64,000 nucleotides of DNA from a virus. Under the pieces are notes generated by a model, which was not told where the DNA came from, did no database searches, and saw only the letters and a list, made by a program, of their open reading frames with translations. Position numbers and translations under genes: made by a program. Below are positions 30,022-38,127 of this stretch, in pieces; the stretch's first letter is position 1; the number at the start of each line of letters is the position of its first letter. Location: the IMG/VR virus record IMGVR_UViG_3300024299_000001, positions 64,001 to 128,000 of that record; one strand, 5' to 3'.

Positions 30022-30026
30022 ACCAA

Positions 30027-30218
30027 ATGCCAAAGTATAAAATACATTGGACAGAAATCAGACAAGTCAGTTATCATACTGAAATAATTGCTGATAATAA
30101 GATTAGTGCCCAAAAGATGCTCTTTCATGATACTGATGAAGTTAGATCATCTGTTGAGAAAGTAGATGAAGACTGCTTTGATTATATATCTAAAATTAAA
30201 ATAGAGGAGATCAAATGA
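30027..30218 (+). CDS. hypothetical protein
   Basis: 63-aa ORF with a GGAG RBS. Confidence 0.45.
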   Translation: MPKYKIHWTEIRQVSYHTEIIADNKISAQKMLFHDTDEVRSSVEKVDEDCFDYISKIKIEEIK

Positions 30219-30547
30219 CTATTGAAATTATGAACCTTCGTACTGATCAACCGACTGAAGAGTATGATGTAAAAATTGACCGTACATCTGTTCTTGGTAA
30301 TCCTTACCATATGCTCAATGAAAAACAGAGAGATCTGGTATGTGCTCAGTATGAAGACTATCTGAAGAGTAGAGCAGCAGCGGGTCATCTCATGGAGAAT
30401 AGATCATTTATCAAGGAATTGGAAAGGCTGGTTGAGCTGTATAAAGAACATAAGCAACTCAGATTGTTCTGCTGGTGTGCCCCGAAACGTTGCCACGGTG
30501 CCTCTATTAAGCGCTGGGTACTAAACGAATGCCATAGTACCAGTTAA
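30215..30547 (+). CDS. DUF4326-like protein
   Basis: YDVKIDRTSVLGNPY near the N-terminus and RLFCWCAPKRCHGASI near the C-terminus match the DUF4326 pattern (GNPf ... C.C.P..CHg). Confidence 0.6.
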   Translation: MTIEIMNLRTDQPTEEYDVKIDRTSVLGNPYHMLNEKQRDLVCAQYEDYLKSRAAAGHLMENRSFIKELERLVELYKEHKQLRLFCWCAPKRCHGASIKRWVLNECHSTS

Positions 30548-30599
30548 TCACTTAAGGGTCTTAAATGGCCCTTTATACCTCTTTAAAAAGGAAATAGAT

Positions 30600-31040
30600 A
30601 TGGAATTACAAGATTTTAAAGGTTGGTACTTATTAACCGGTGTAGAATTCTCTACAATCAAACCTTCACGTAATAGTTATTCTTCAGATATTGGGTGTTG
30701 CCGATTTGTATTAAATAATATCACTTATCAGATAACTGAAGATGAAAATGATGGTTATCGTAGTGCCCTAGAAGAGGTTAAAGTTATTGCTGATCATCAA
30801 GTAAAAAATACTTTTGAGCCAGCTTGGGTCAAAGCAGTGTATGTATCAGTAAAAACAAAGGGTGATTACCATTATAACAGGGATTGTGATATTATCCAAT
30901 TTATCGATGTAATAACTAATAAAATAGTATTAGAAATTGGTACTGAAAATACTGATGACTATTACCCAACGTATATTGATAGTTTTAACCCAGAGAATAT
31001 GGCTATAAATGCAAACCTTAAACAGGAAATAGAGATATGA
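30600..31040 (+). CDS. hypothetical protein
   Basis: 146-aa ORF. Confidence 0.5.
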   Translation: MELQDFKGWYLLTGVEFSTIKPSRNSYSSDIGCCRFVLNNITYQITEDENDGYRSALEEVKVIADHQVKNTFEPAWVKAVYVSVKTKGDYHYNRDCDIIQFIDVITNKIVLEIGTENTDDYYPTYIDSFNPENMAINANLKQEIEI

Positions 31041-31489
31041 TGAAAGAATTAATCAAAGAAATCATAACTGATCCAATGAAATTAAAGATACCTTGTCGAC
31101 CAATTGGTAAGCTGCAGAATAATGCTTTGCTTGATGAGATAGTTATGTATCTCACTGATACTTACAAAGCTAACCAGAAGAGATGCTTAGGTCTTGCAGC
31201 TAATCAGATAGGCTACCAGAAGAGAGTTATACTGGTTAGGATAACCCAAGGGTTTGTTATTATGATTAACCCGGTTATTGTACCCAGTCTGATCCATGGT
31301 CGGATTACCAAGAAAGAGAACTGCTTAAGCTTCCCGGGACAGGTATTCAGAGTTAAACGATATAAACGTATCAAAGTTATCTATCATCCGTATACCAAGG
31401 AACCAGTATTACAGACTCATAAATATACTGGTCTTGCTGCTCGTATTGGTCAACATGAGGTTGATCATCTTAATGGTGTACTCAGATGA
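31037..31489 (+). CDS. def: peptide deformylase
   Basis: All three PDF motifs are present: GLAANQIG, ENCLSFPG and QHEVDHLNG. Confidence 0.8.
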   Translation: MMKELIKEIITDPMKLKIPCRPIGKLQNNALLDEIVMYLTDTYKANQKRCLGLAANQIGYQKRVILVRITQGFVIMINPVIVPSLIHGRITKKENCLSFPGQVFRVKRYKRIKVIYHPYTKEPVLQTHKYTGLAARIGQHEVDHLNGVLR

Positions 31490-31728
31490 CTTTTAAGTGG
31501 GAACCAACTGATTCGGGTGGTATGCGAAGAGTCCGAGTATACAATATTTATGAGGCTATTGATTACATCTGGACAAACCAAGACAATGTAAAAGCTAAAA
31601 GTCATTTGCACAGAGATGCTAAAATGTGGAACATACTCTGTCATATTATTGAGAACAGCCCAGATACTGTATTTACTGTGGAACAGCTTGATAAGTTTTT
31701 ACTGGTTTGTGAAGGAGTATACATTTAA
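31486..31728 (+). CDS. hypothetical protein
   Basis: 80-aa ORF with a 4-nt overlap with def. Confidence 0.5.
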   Translation: MTFKWEPTDSGGMRRVRVYNIYEAIDYIWTNQDNVKAKSHLHRDAKMWNILCHIIENSPDTVFTVEQLDKFLLVCEGVYI

Positions 31729-31733
31729 CCAAA

Positions 31734-31763
31734 CAGGCCTCCGGCCATATGAACGGGAGTACA
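31734..31763 (+). promoter_or_regulatory. hairpin promoter-like motif, copy 4
   Basis: caGGCCTCCGGCCatatgaacgggagtaca, with a 4-bp GGCC/GGCC stem and a 3-nt loop. Confidence 0.5.
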
Positions 31764-31802
31764 TTACGTGCTCCTGTTTACATTAAACTAAAGGAGATTA
31801 CC

Positions 31803-31976
31803 ATGGCTAAGAAATTTGCATTTAACATTATGTCTACCAGACGGTGTGCTCACCCGATGTGTATCAAGCTTATCAAACAAAGATTAGTTGATAAGGATCC
31901 TGCAGGGACAAAGTTCACTTTATGCTACAAACATTGGCACCAACAAGAATATAACAGGAGAGGCAACCATGTGTAA
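31803..31976 (+). CDS. small zinc-finger-like protein
   Basis: The track ORF is 31749..31976. I prefer the ATG at 31803 (GGAG upstream), which lies downstream of the promoter-like motif. It contains C..H..C and C..H.H. Confidence 0.45.
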   Translation: MAKKFAFNIMSTRRCAHPMCIKLIKQRLVDKDPAGTKFTLCYKHWHQQEYNRRGNHV

Positions 31977-32169
31977 GATTATCGGATTTACCAAAAGAGT
32001 TGATGGTTATCGTACTGCTGCTGGTTTTATGAAAACTGAACTGTTTAAAACTGCCTGTATGAAAGTTGCTGGTAAAGGTAACTATGTTGACTATGCACAG
32101 CTGTACACCAAACGCCAAGCCAGTAAGTTCCTTAAGAGCAGAGGTATTGTATTTAACCACTTAAATTAA
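31969..32169 (+). CDS. hypothetical protein
   Basis: The track ORF is 31888..32169. The internal ATG at 31969 follows GGAGAGG. Confidence 0.45.
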   Translation: MCKIIGFTKRVDGYRTAAGFMKTELFKTACMKVAGKGNYVDYAQLYTKRQASKFLKSRGIVFNHLN

Positions 32170-32178
32170 GAGGTTCTT

Positions 32179-32316
32179 ATGTTTGATAGATTCTTGGTAC
32201 TTGTAGGTATTGTTGGTTTGGTTCTGGCTTGTAATGAATCAAACTATTGGGAAGTTAATGTATTGGGTGTTATGCTGTTAGCTACTTCAGTAGCACTCTT
32301 TAACTTTAAAAGCTAA
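32179..32316 (+). CDS. small membrane protein (45 aa; below the ORF-track cutoff)
   Basis: MFDRFLVLVGIVGLVLACNESNYWEVNVLGVMLLATSVALFNFKS has two hydrophobic helices. GAGG lies upstream. Confidence 0.4.
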   Translation: MFDRFLVLVGIVGLVLACNESNYWEVNVLGVMLLATSVALFNFKS

Positions 32317-32347
32317 AAGGCCTCCGGCCATAAAAAGGGGAGTATTC
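32317..32347 (+). promoter_or_regulatory. hairpin promoter-like motif, copy 5
   Basis: aaGGCCTCCGGCCataaaaaggggagtattc, about 40 nt upstream of the 32387 ORF. Confidence 0.5.
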
Positions 32348-32386
32348 GCTCTCAAATAATCAACCATTAATCAAGGAGTATGTACC

Positions 32387-32650
32387 ATGGAAAAGAAAAG
32401 TAAAAAGAAAGACAAACAACGTGCTGCAGCATTTGTTAATTGGGAAGTAACTACTAAAACTGGTATTGTTGTTAAATCTGATAGAGGTTTTCCTATCTTT
32501 CAGAACCCTGAATATCCTAATGCCAAAGAAGATCTGTTGGTTGCGGCAGCTGGTCAGACCGAGAATGGTATTCTTGAGTTGGATATGAAAGTCCGTATCT
32601 GCTTGAATGCCCCTGTTGAAGCTATTGTCAAACCCGAAGACTTGTTCTAA
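32387..32650 (+). CDS. hypothetical basic N-terminus protein
   Basis: 87-aa ORF with AAGGAG upstream. Confidence 0.5.
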   Translation: MEKKSKKKDKQRAAAFVNWEVTTKTGIVVKSDRGFPIFQNPEYPNAKEDLLVAAAGQTENGILELDMKVRICLNAPVEAIVKPEDLF

Positions 32651-32845
32651 ATCAACTGGCTCACAGTCATCCCAGGTTACATAAAAAACGGGATTGAGAC
32701 ATCGAGCCGCATAATGGGTTATCCTTAATTGGGTAGCCCATTAAAAATTAATACTCTAATATTTTCAGACATATATTATATACATATGGAATTTGAGATC
32801 ATTGGTATTAGGGTATTAATTTTAAAAATTTAAAAGGAGACAAGC

Positions 32846-33670
32846 ATGTTAAACCAAAGTGAACAATTTGTACTTGATTATATTATTGCTGAAGGTGGGC
32901 TCAAAGAGATCCCTGAAGCTATTGAACTGATTAGACAATACTGGCGTAAAGACCACTATAAATCTAAAAATATAAGACTTAAACAATGGGCTCCTCATAA
33001 TGCTGACTCATTAGAGATAATTATATCAGTATTTACTGTTACTTTAATGGAAGAGACTATTACTTATCAGGCTATGGTTGGTAAGTTAAACCATTTGATT
33101 AAAGTAAAAGATAGTCTTGATAGATTTAAAATAATAGCTGATGTAATTGCTCTGATCAGTCAGACTGGTTTGATAGACATTGTTAGTCCCGGGCAGGGTA
33201 CCAGTATACTCATTAGTACTGATTATGAGATACTTGATATCCCTAAACCAGATAAGCATGTTATTCTTACCCATCGACCACAGCCTATTGAATCTAACTG
33301 GGATCCAGAGCTGGGCTCAATGCTGTTGGGGCATAACATGAACCATCATGATGAGGAGATCTGTTTACAGCACTTGAACCAATTAAATCAAATACCTTTG
33401 CAACTGAATAGGGCTTTTGTAAATATGTATACCGAGGCGCCTAGGAATGCCCCTAATAGTGTAAAAGCTGAACAACAATGGTATCAATTTATGAATGAAT
33501 CCTTTGGTAAGTATCAAGAGATTCTGAACCACAATAATTATTTCTATTTGGGTCATAAATATGATACCCGTGGTAGAACTTATGCTTGTGGTTACCATGT
33601 TACTACTCAGGGTAATTCTTATAAGAAAGCCATTATTGAATTGGCTAATGAGGAATTAGTGGAGGGCTAA
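32846..33670 (+). CDS. RNA polymerase II small subunit (N4 gp15-like; N-terminal half of a T7-like RNAP)
   Basis: The C-terminus carries the T/DxxGR motif and following loop: YDTRGRTYACGYHVTTQGNSYKKA (DTRGR at 33563-33577). Confidence 0.7.
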   Translation: MLNQSEQFVLDYIIAEGGLKEIPEAIELIRQYWRKDHYKSKNIRLKQWAPHNADSLEIIISVFTVTLMEETITYQAMVGKLNHLIKVKDSLDRFKIIADVIALISQTGLIDIVSPGQGTSILISTDYEILDIPKPDKHVILTHRPQPIESNWDPELGSMLLGHNMNHHDEEICLQHLNQLNQIPLQLNRAFVNMYTEAPRNAPNSVKAEQQWYQFMNESFGKYQEILNHNNYFYLGHKYDTRGRTYACGYHVTTQGNSYKKAIIELANEELVEG

Positions 33671-33674
33671 TATT

Positions 33675-33863
33675 ATGGAACTACCCTACGAAATCATTGA
33701 AAAATTATTAGAGATAGAAATTAAAAAGAGGTTTACACTACATAAACTAAATGTAAATAAGTATGAAAGAAATCCGCTACATCGAATGCAAATGCTTAAT
33801 AGTAAAAAGCGTTGGAAAGATGCTGAACACGCTCTTACTTGGTTTATGCGAAATACATATTAA
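33675..33863 (+). CDS. hypothetical protein
   Basis: 62-aa ORF between the two RNAP II subunit genes. Confidence 0.4.
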   Translation: MELPYEIIEKLLEIEIKKRFTLHKLNVNKYERNPLHRMQMLNSKKRWKDAEHALTWFMRNTY

Positions 33864-33886
33864 TTAAATTAGTGAAAGGATAAATT

Positions 33887-34168
33887 ATGGTTTCATTTCC
33901 AAGTATGGATCAAATGATTAAAGATGCCGATAAACTTAAAAAGAAAACCTTTAACGAGCGGCAATTTGAAGAGGCTCGTAGACAATTGATGGAGTTATGC
34001 ACTAATGCCTTTGAAGAAGGTAAACGTCAACAAATAGGAATAGACAAAAAAGGCTTAGGTTATGGTAGAGTAGGTTTTGTGTATACCCCGACTTATAAAA
34101 TTATCATGTCTCTTAAAACTGTTAATGAACAAATAACTGAATTACTATTGAAAGGAAAAGGCTTATGA
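33887..34168 (+). CDS. hypothetical protein
   Basis: 93-aa ORF with AAGGA upstream. Confidence 0.45.
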   Translation: MVSFPSMDQMIKDADKLKKKTFNERQFEEARRQLMELCTNAFEEGKRQQIGIDKKGLGYGRVGFVYTPTYKIIMSLKTVNEQITELLLKGKGL

Positions 34169-34404
34169 GATATTTTGTTTATTTATTTAATAAATTAGTA
34201 TTTAAAGTCTTTGCACCCAAACCCCGGCCTCCGCTTGATTATGTATTATTAATACAATTATTTAATAGACTGGATATTGATTTTACAGTCAATGAACCAG
34301 AAAATAATACTGTAATTATTACTATTTATGGAAAAGACAAACATGTTGAAGCAGGCATTAATTTCTGTTTTAAACGATCTGGCAAATTAATTGGTACATA
34401 CTAG
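34165..34404 (+). CDS. hypothetical protein
   Basis: 79-aa ORF with a 4-nt overlap with the previous ORF. Confidence 0.4.
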   Translation: MRYFVYLFNKLVFKVFAPKPRPPLDYVLLIQLFNRLDIDFTVNEPENNTVIITIYGKDKHVEAGINFCFKRSGKLIGTY

Positions 34405-34420
34405 AAAAGGAATTTAAACT

Positions 34421-35635
34421 ATGAGATTGTATACCGGTAAAGAGTACTTACAGATTGATATGGCTAATCATTTTGGTTTAGATAAATCTCAGTTTGGTGG
34501 TCGATTGAAGTGGGTACAAGATAATGAAACTCAACTTGAAACATTAGTAGAACATGCCAAGGAACCCTTTAGATTTGCTGCTGCACTAATGGCTTACCGC
34601 AAGACTCAGGCTGGGCAACCTACTGGTTATTTGGTTGGTTTTGATGCCTGTGCTTCCGGTCCACAGATCATGAGTACTTGGATGGGTTGTAAAGTAGGTG
34701 CCCGTAATACTGGTCTCACTGGTCAAACCAGAATGGATATTTATAAAGAAACTGTTAAAGCAATGGATAAAATTCTTGGTAAAAACAGTAACTATAATCG
34801 TGATGCAGTGAAAATTAGTTTAATGACTCATTATTATGGTTCAAAGGCTGAACCTAAGAATGCCTTTGGCGAGGATACCCCAGAGCTTGAAGCCTTTTAT
34901 GAGGCACAGAAGATAGTTGCACCCGGGGCAAGTGAATTGATGCATCACATGTTAAATGCCTGGCAACCCTTTGCACTACAGCATACATGGATCATGCCAG
35001 ATGGTTTCTTTGTTAACAAGAAAGTAAAAGATATGGTTGATGATAAAATTGAGGTAGATGAGCTTGAAGGCCATCCTTGCTTCATCTATCGGCATACTGA
35101 GAATGTAGGCTTAGAAGAAGGTATTTCATTAGCTGCTGATTGTGTCCACAGTGGTGATGGCTTTGTAGTAAGAGAGATGAATTACCGATGTAACTATGAT
35201 CGTACAGCATTGAAAAGAGCTGAACGTATGCTACATTACCGGTTATTCCAAGGCATACCTGCTGTAGGTGCTACCAGTAAGATAGAACGATTAGCTGATC
35301 AGCATCAGTTTATATCTTTGGCTGGTGCACATGACTTGACCCAAGAAAGAGTGAATAGTTATAGTTATGAATATGCTTACAATTTATTGAAATTAGTTAA
35401 GCAGACATTAGCTAAACCCGCATTTCCAATAGTATTCGTTCATGATGATTTTAAATGCCATGCTAATAATATGAATATAGTTAGACAGACTTATAATGAC
35501 ATATTTGTAGAGATGGCTAATAGCAATATAATTAATGCTATTCTTACAATGATTACTGGTAAACCAACAAATATTACTAAATTATCTGATGACTTGTCTG
35601 TTGAAATTAGAAGTTCTGAATACTTCCTATCTTAG
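34421..35635 (+). CDS. RNA polymerase II large subunit (N4 gp16-like; palm/fingers of a T7-like RNAP)
   Basis: Motif A GFDACASGPQIMS, motif B VKISLMTHYYGS and motif C PIVFVHDDFKCH are present. Confidence 0.8.
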   Translation: MRLYTGKEYLQIDMANHFGLDKSQFGGRLKWVQDNETQLETLVEHAKEPFRFAAALMAYRKTQAGQPTGYLVGFDACASGPQIMSTWMGCKVGARNTGLTGQTRMDIYKETVKAMDKILGKNSNYNRDAVKISLMTHYYGSKAEPKNAFGEDTPELEAFYEAQKIVAPGASELMHHMLNAWQPFALQHTWIMPDGFFVNKKVKDMVDDKIEVDELEGHPCFIYRHTENVGLEEGISLAADCVHSGDGFVVREMNYRCNYDRTALKRAERMLHYRLFQGIPAVGATSKIERLADQHQFISLAGAHDLTQERVNSYSYEYAYNLLKLVKQTLAKPAFPIVFVHDDFKCHANNMNIVRQTYNDIFVEMANSNIINAILTMITGKPTNITKLSDDLSVEIRSSEYFLS

Positions 35636-35648
35636 TTAATTGAAGTAT

Positions 35649-35702
35649 ATCCTATAGGGCTCACCTCCGGTGAGTTCTGTAGGATTATTTCTTATTTTTT
35701 TT
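35649..35702 (+). terminator. compound hairpin terminator containing the CC-TCC-GG core
   Basis: Outer stem atcctatag/ctgtaggat and inner stem ctcacc-tcc-ggtgag, followed by tatttcttatttttttt. Confidence 0.65.
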
Positions 35703-35861
35703 GAGAGTGAAGAAATACTTCTTTCCGATATACTAATAGTTCTGAATTTAGCATTTTTGACTATATACAGACTATAACGTAACTGCTATATTTTAGTTAA
35801 AACTATATTTTAAGTAAAATCCATAAAATAACACTTTTAGACTTTAATAGGAGATCCAAAC

Positions 35862-36032
35862 ATGTCAAAAAAATCACTAATAGGTTTAATTCCAAGACAT
35901 ATCCACAATGAAAAAAGAATCTGGGAAATTATATTAGCAATAAATCGTTATGCTGCTGTAAGAAAAGTAATTCCAAATGAATGGATGGAAGAGTTAAAAG
36001 AATTATACCCAAAAGAAGCACAGGAGGATTAA
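35862..36032 (+). CDS. hypothetical small protein (56 aa; below the ORF-track cutoff)
   Basis: ATG at 35862 with AGGAG upstream. Translation: MSKKSLIGLIPRHIHNEKRIWEILLAINRYAAVRKVIPNEWMEELKELYPKEAQED. Confidence 0.45.
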   Translation: MSKKSLIGLIPRHIHNEKRIWEIILAINRYAAVRKVIPNEWMEELKELYPKEAQED

Positions 36033-36034
36033 TC

Positions 36035-36190
36035 ATGCCAGGTAGACAAGCCAGTTGTCCAGAATGTGGTGCCAGTATTGATGTATTTAATAATAAAGAT
36101 GGAGATATTTTTCCTTGTTCTGATTGTGGAGAAAGTTTGGAATTAATAAAGAACACCGGAGAAGAACCAGAATTAATCTATAATTATTAA
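36035..36190 (+). CDS. zinc-ribbon protein (51 aa)
   Basis: The track ORF is 35981..36190. The ATG at 36035 follows GGAGG. It contains CPECG...CSDCG. Confidence 0.5.
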   Translation: MPGRQASCPECGASIDVFNNKDGDIFPCSDCGESLELIKNTGEEPELIYNY

Positions 36191-36205
36191 CAGGAGTAAT
36201 GAGCC

Positions 36206-36390
36206 ATGGGTATGAAGATAAACAGTAAAGAGGCGGTTAAATTTATAATTGCTGCCATGAAAGCAAATCTTGTTACCATGATATCTGGTTCCCCAGGTAT
36301 TGGTAAAAGCGCTATTGTACAACAAATTGCTGATCAATATAATCTTGAACTAATTGATGTAAGATTAAGTCAGTGTGATCCAACAGACCT
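36206..36390 (+). CDS. AAA+ (MoxR/AAA_5-like) ATPase, exon 1 (N4 gp24-like)
   Basis: Walker A GSPGIGKSAI is followed by IDVRLSQCDPTDL. The reading frame then enters intron sequence and stops at 36412. Confidence 0.75.
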
Positions 36391-37273
36391 TAAGTTACAA
36401 AGGGCTTCATAAGAGCAATCTTATGTCGAAAACTATCTAAACGGTGAAACACCTTGACTAATGGAAACCCTTAACATACAGTGGGGTAACTATTAATTTT
36501 AAAGCGAGGTCAATACCGTGCTAAATACTAATAACATTACAGAAATTTGGGTACCGATTAAAAATTTTGAAAAAAGATATGAGGTATCTAATTTAGGAAG
36601 AATACGCTCTATTCAAGATAATCATCATAATTATCGTATTAAAATAATAACAGGTTTCATAAGATCAAAAACTTGTCAATATTTATATGTACAATTATGG
36701 CGAAAAGATAAACCAACAACAAAAGCAGTTCATCGATTAGTAGCACAAGCATTTAAACCAAATCCTTATAATAAACCAATGGTTAATCATAAAGATGGTA
36801 TTAAAATAAATAATATTGAAACAAATATTGAGTGGGCTACTAATTCAGAAAATGTTAAACATGCTTTTACAACTGGGCTACAGGATAGAGAAAAATGTGT
36901 AAAGCGAATGATTGGAACTAAATTTAACACCAGATCCAAATACAAAAATGTATCTTGGGATAACTCCAGAAAAAAATGGATTGGTGGTGTTAAACACAAA
37001 GGAAAAGTTATTAAAAATAAACGTTTTAATAGCGAAATAGAGGCAGCTTTACATGTTAACTGGATTATAGATACTTATAATTTAGACCGTCCAAAAAATG
37101 TTATTAGTTAAATTGCGTAACGACCATCCCGCAAGGGAGTACACTCAAGTGAGTGGAAACGGTAGTCGTCCTGCTTATAATAGTAGGATGTTGATATGGT
37201 CTATTCTGCATGGTAACATGCAGCAGTTCAGAAGAGAACGGGTAAAGATTAACGAACTTTATCGAATATTAAG
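36391..37273 (+). mobile_element. group I intron with HNH homing endonuclease, inside the AAA+ ATPase gene
   Basis: The exon halves join in frame as ...DPTDL(L)GFPFI... The 5' exon ends in U and the intron ends in G (36390|36391 and 37273|37274; alternative 36391|36392 and 37277|37278). The segment ctatctaaacggtgaaacacc resembles the T4 td-type core. The 3' core (37136-37170, gagtacactcaagtgagtggaaacggtag) is shared with the intron at 56.2-57.1 kb. Confidence 0.75.
36518..37111 (+). CDS. HNH homing endonuclease (NUMOD4 + HNH_3 + AP2-like), intron-encoded
   Basis: GTG start after GCGAGG. Motifs: WVPIKNFEKRYEVSNLGRIRS (NUMOD4), VHRLVAQAFKPNPYNKPMVNHKDGIKINN...EWATNSENVKH (HNH) and YKNVSWDNSRKKWIGGV (AP2-like). 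Confidence 0.85.
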   Translation: MLNTNNITEIWVPIKNFEKRYEVSNLGRIRSIQDNHHNYRIKIITGFIRSKTCQYLYVQLWRKDKPTTKAVHRLVAQAFKPNPYNKPMVNHKDGIKINNIETNIEWATNSENVKHAFTTGLQDREKCVKRMIGTKFNTRSKYKNVSWDNSRKKWIGGVKHKGKVIKNKRFNSEIEAALHVNWIIDTYNLDRPKNVIS

Positions 37274-38123
37274 TTTGGGCTTTCCTTTCATTAGTGAAGA
37301 TCGGAAGAAAGCTTCCTATGTGCCCATGGATATATTTCCATTAGAAAATACTCCAATACCTGAAGGCAAAGTAGGTTTTCTTTTATTCCTGGATGAGATC
37401 AATGCATCCTCATTAGCAGTGCAGGCAGCGAGTTACAAGCTGATACTGGATGAGAAGGTAGGACAGCATCACTTACATCCAATGACCAAGATGGTGGCTG
37501 CTGGTAACCTTGCTACGGATAAGGCCATTGTGAACCGACAAAGCACTGCAATGCAGTCCAGACTGGTTCATCTTGAACTGGTAACAGATCCGGAACTATG
37601 GCAGGAGTGGGCAGCTAAAGAAGGTATTGATCATCGTATCATTGCTTATATCAACAGTAAGCCAGATGATCTTTATAATTTTAACCCAGAGCATAATGAC
37701 CATACATTTGCTTGTCCTCGTACCTGGGATTTCCTTTCAAAGATTATTGGTAGCATTGAAACTAAACAATTGCATACATATTTACCTTTGATTGCTGGTA
37801 CTGTTAGTGAAGCCATTGCTCGATCATTTGTAATGTTTACTAAAATCTACACCAATATGCCTGATTTCCAAGAAATAATGGCCAGACCAGGATTAGCTCG
37901 TTTGGACAATGATCCCTCTTTTAGATTTGGTGTATCCCATATGATTGCTGCTTACACTAAAACAAATAATATTTCTACTTTAATGACATACATTGAACGC
38001 TTACCACTTGAGTTTCAAACAATTACCCTTCAGAATATTATGCGTAGAGATCCAGAAATGATCAAAGAAGATTGTGTTAAGAGGTGGATCTCAGTTAAAG
38101 GTCAACAATTGTTTAAGGAGTGA
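37274..38123 (+). CDS. AAA+ (MoxR-like) ATPase, exon 2
   Basis: Walker B GFLLFLDEINA and sensor region VAAGNLATDKAIVNRQSTAMQSRL. The track ORF 37098..38123 includes in-frame intron sequence at its 5' end. Confidence 0.75.
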
Positions 38124-38127
38124 TCCA

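Noticed and set aside
37098-37273. The 5' extension of track ORF 37098..38123 (MLLVKLRNDHPAREYTQVSGNG...)
   Set aside because: This stretch overlaps the end of the HNH ORF. It contains the conserved intron 3' core shared with the 57.0-kb intron, and it has no similarity to AAA+ ATPases. It is intron sequence that happens to be open in frame.
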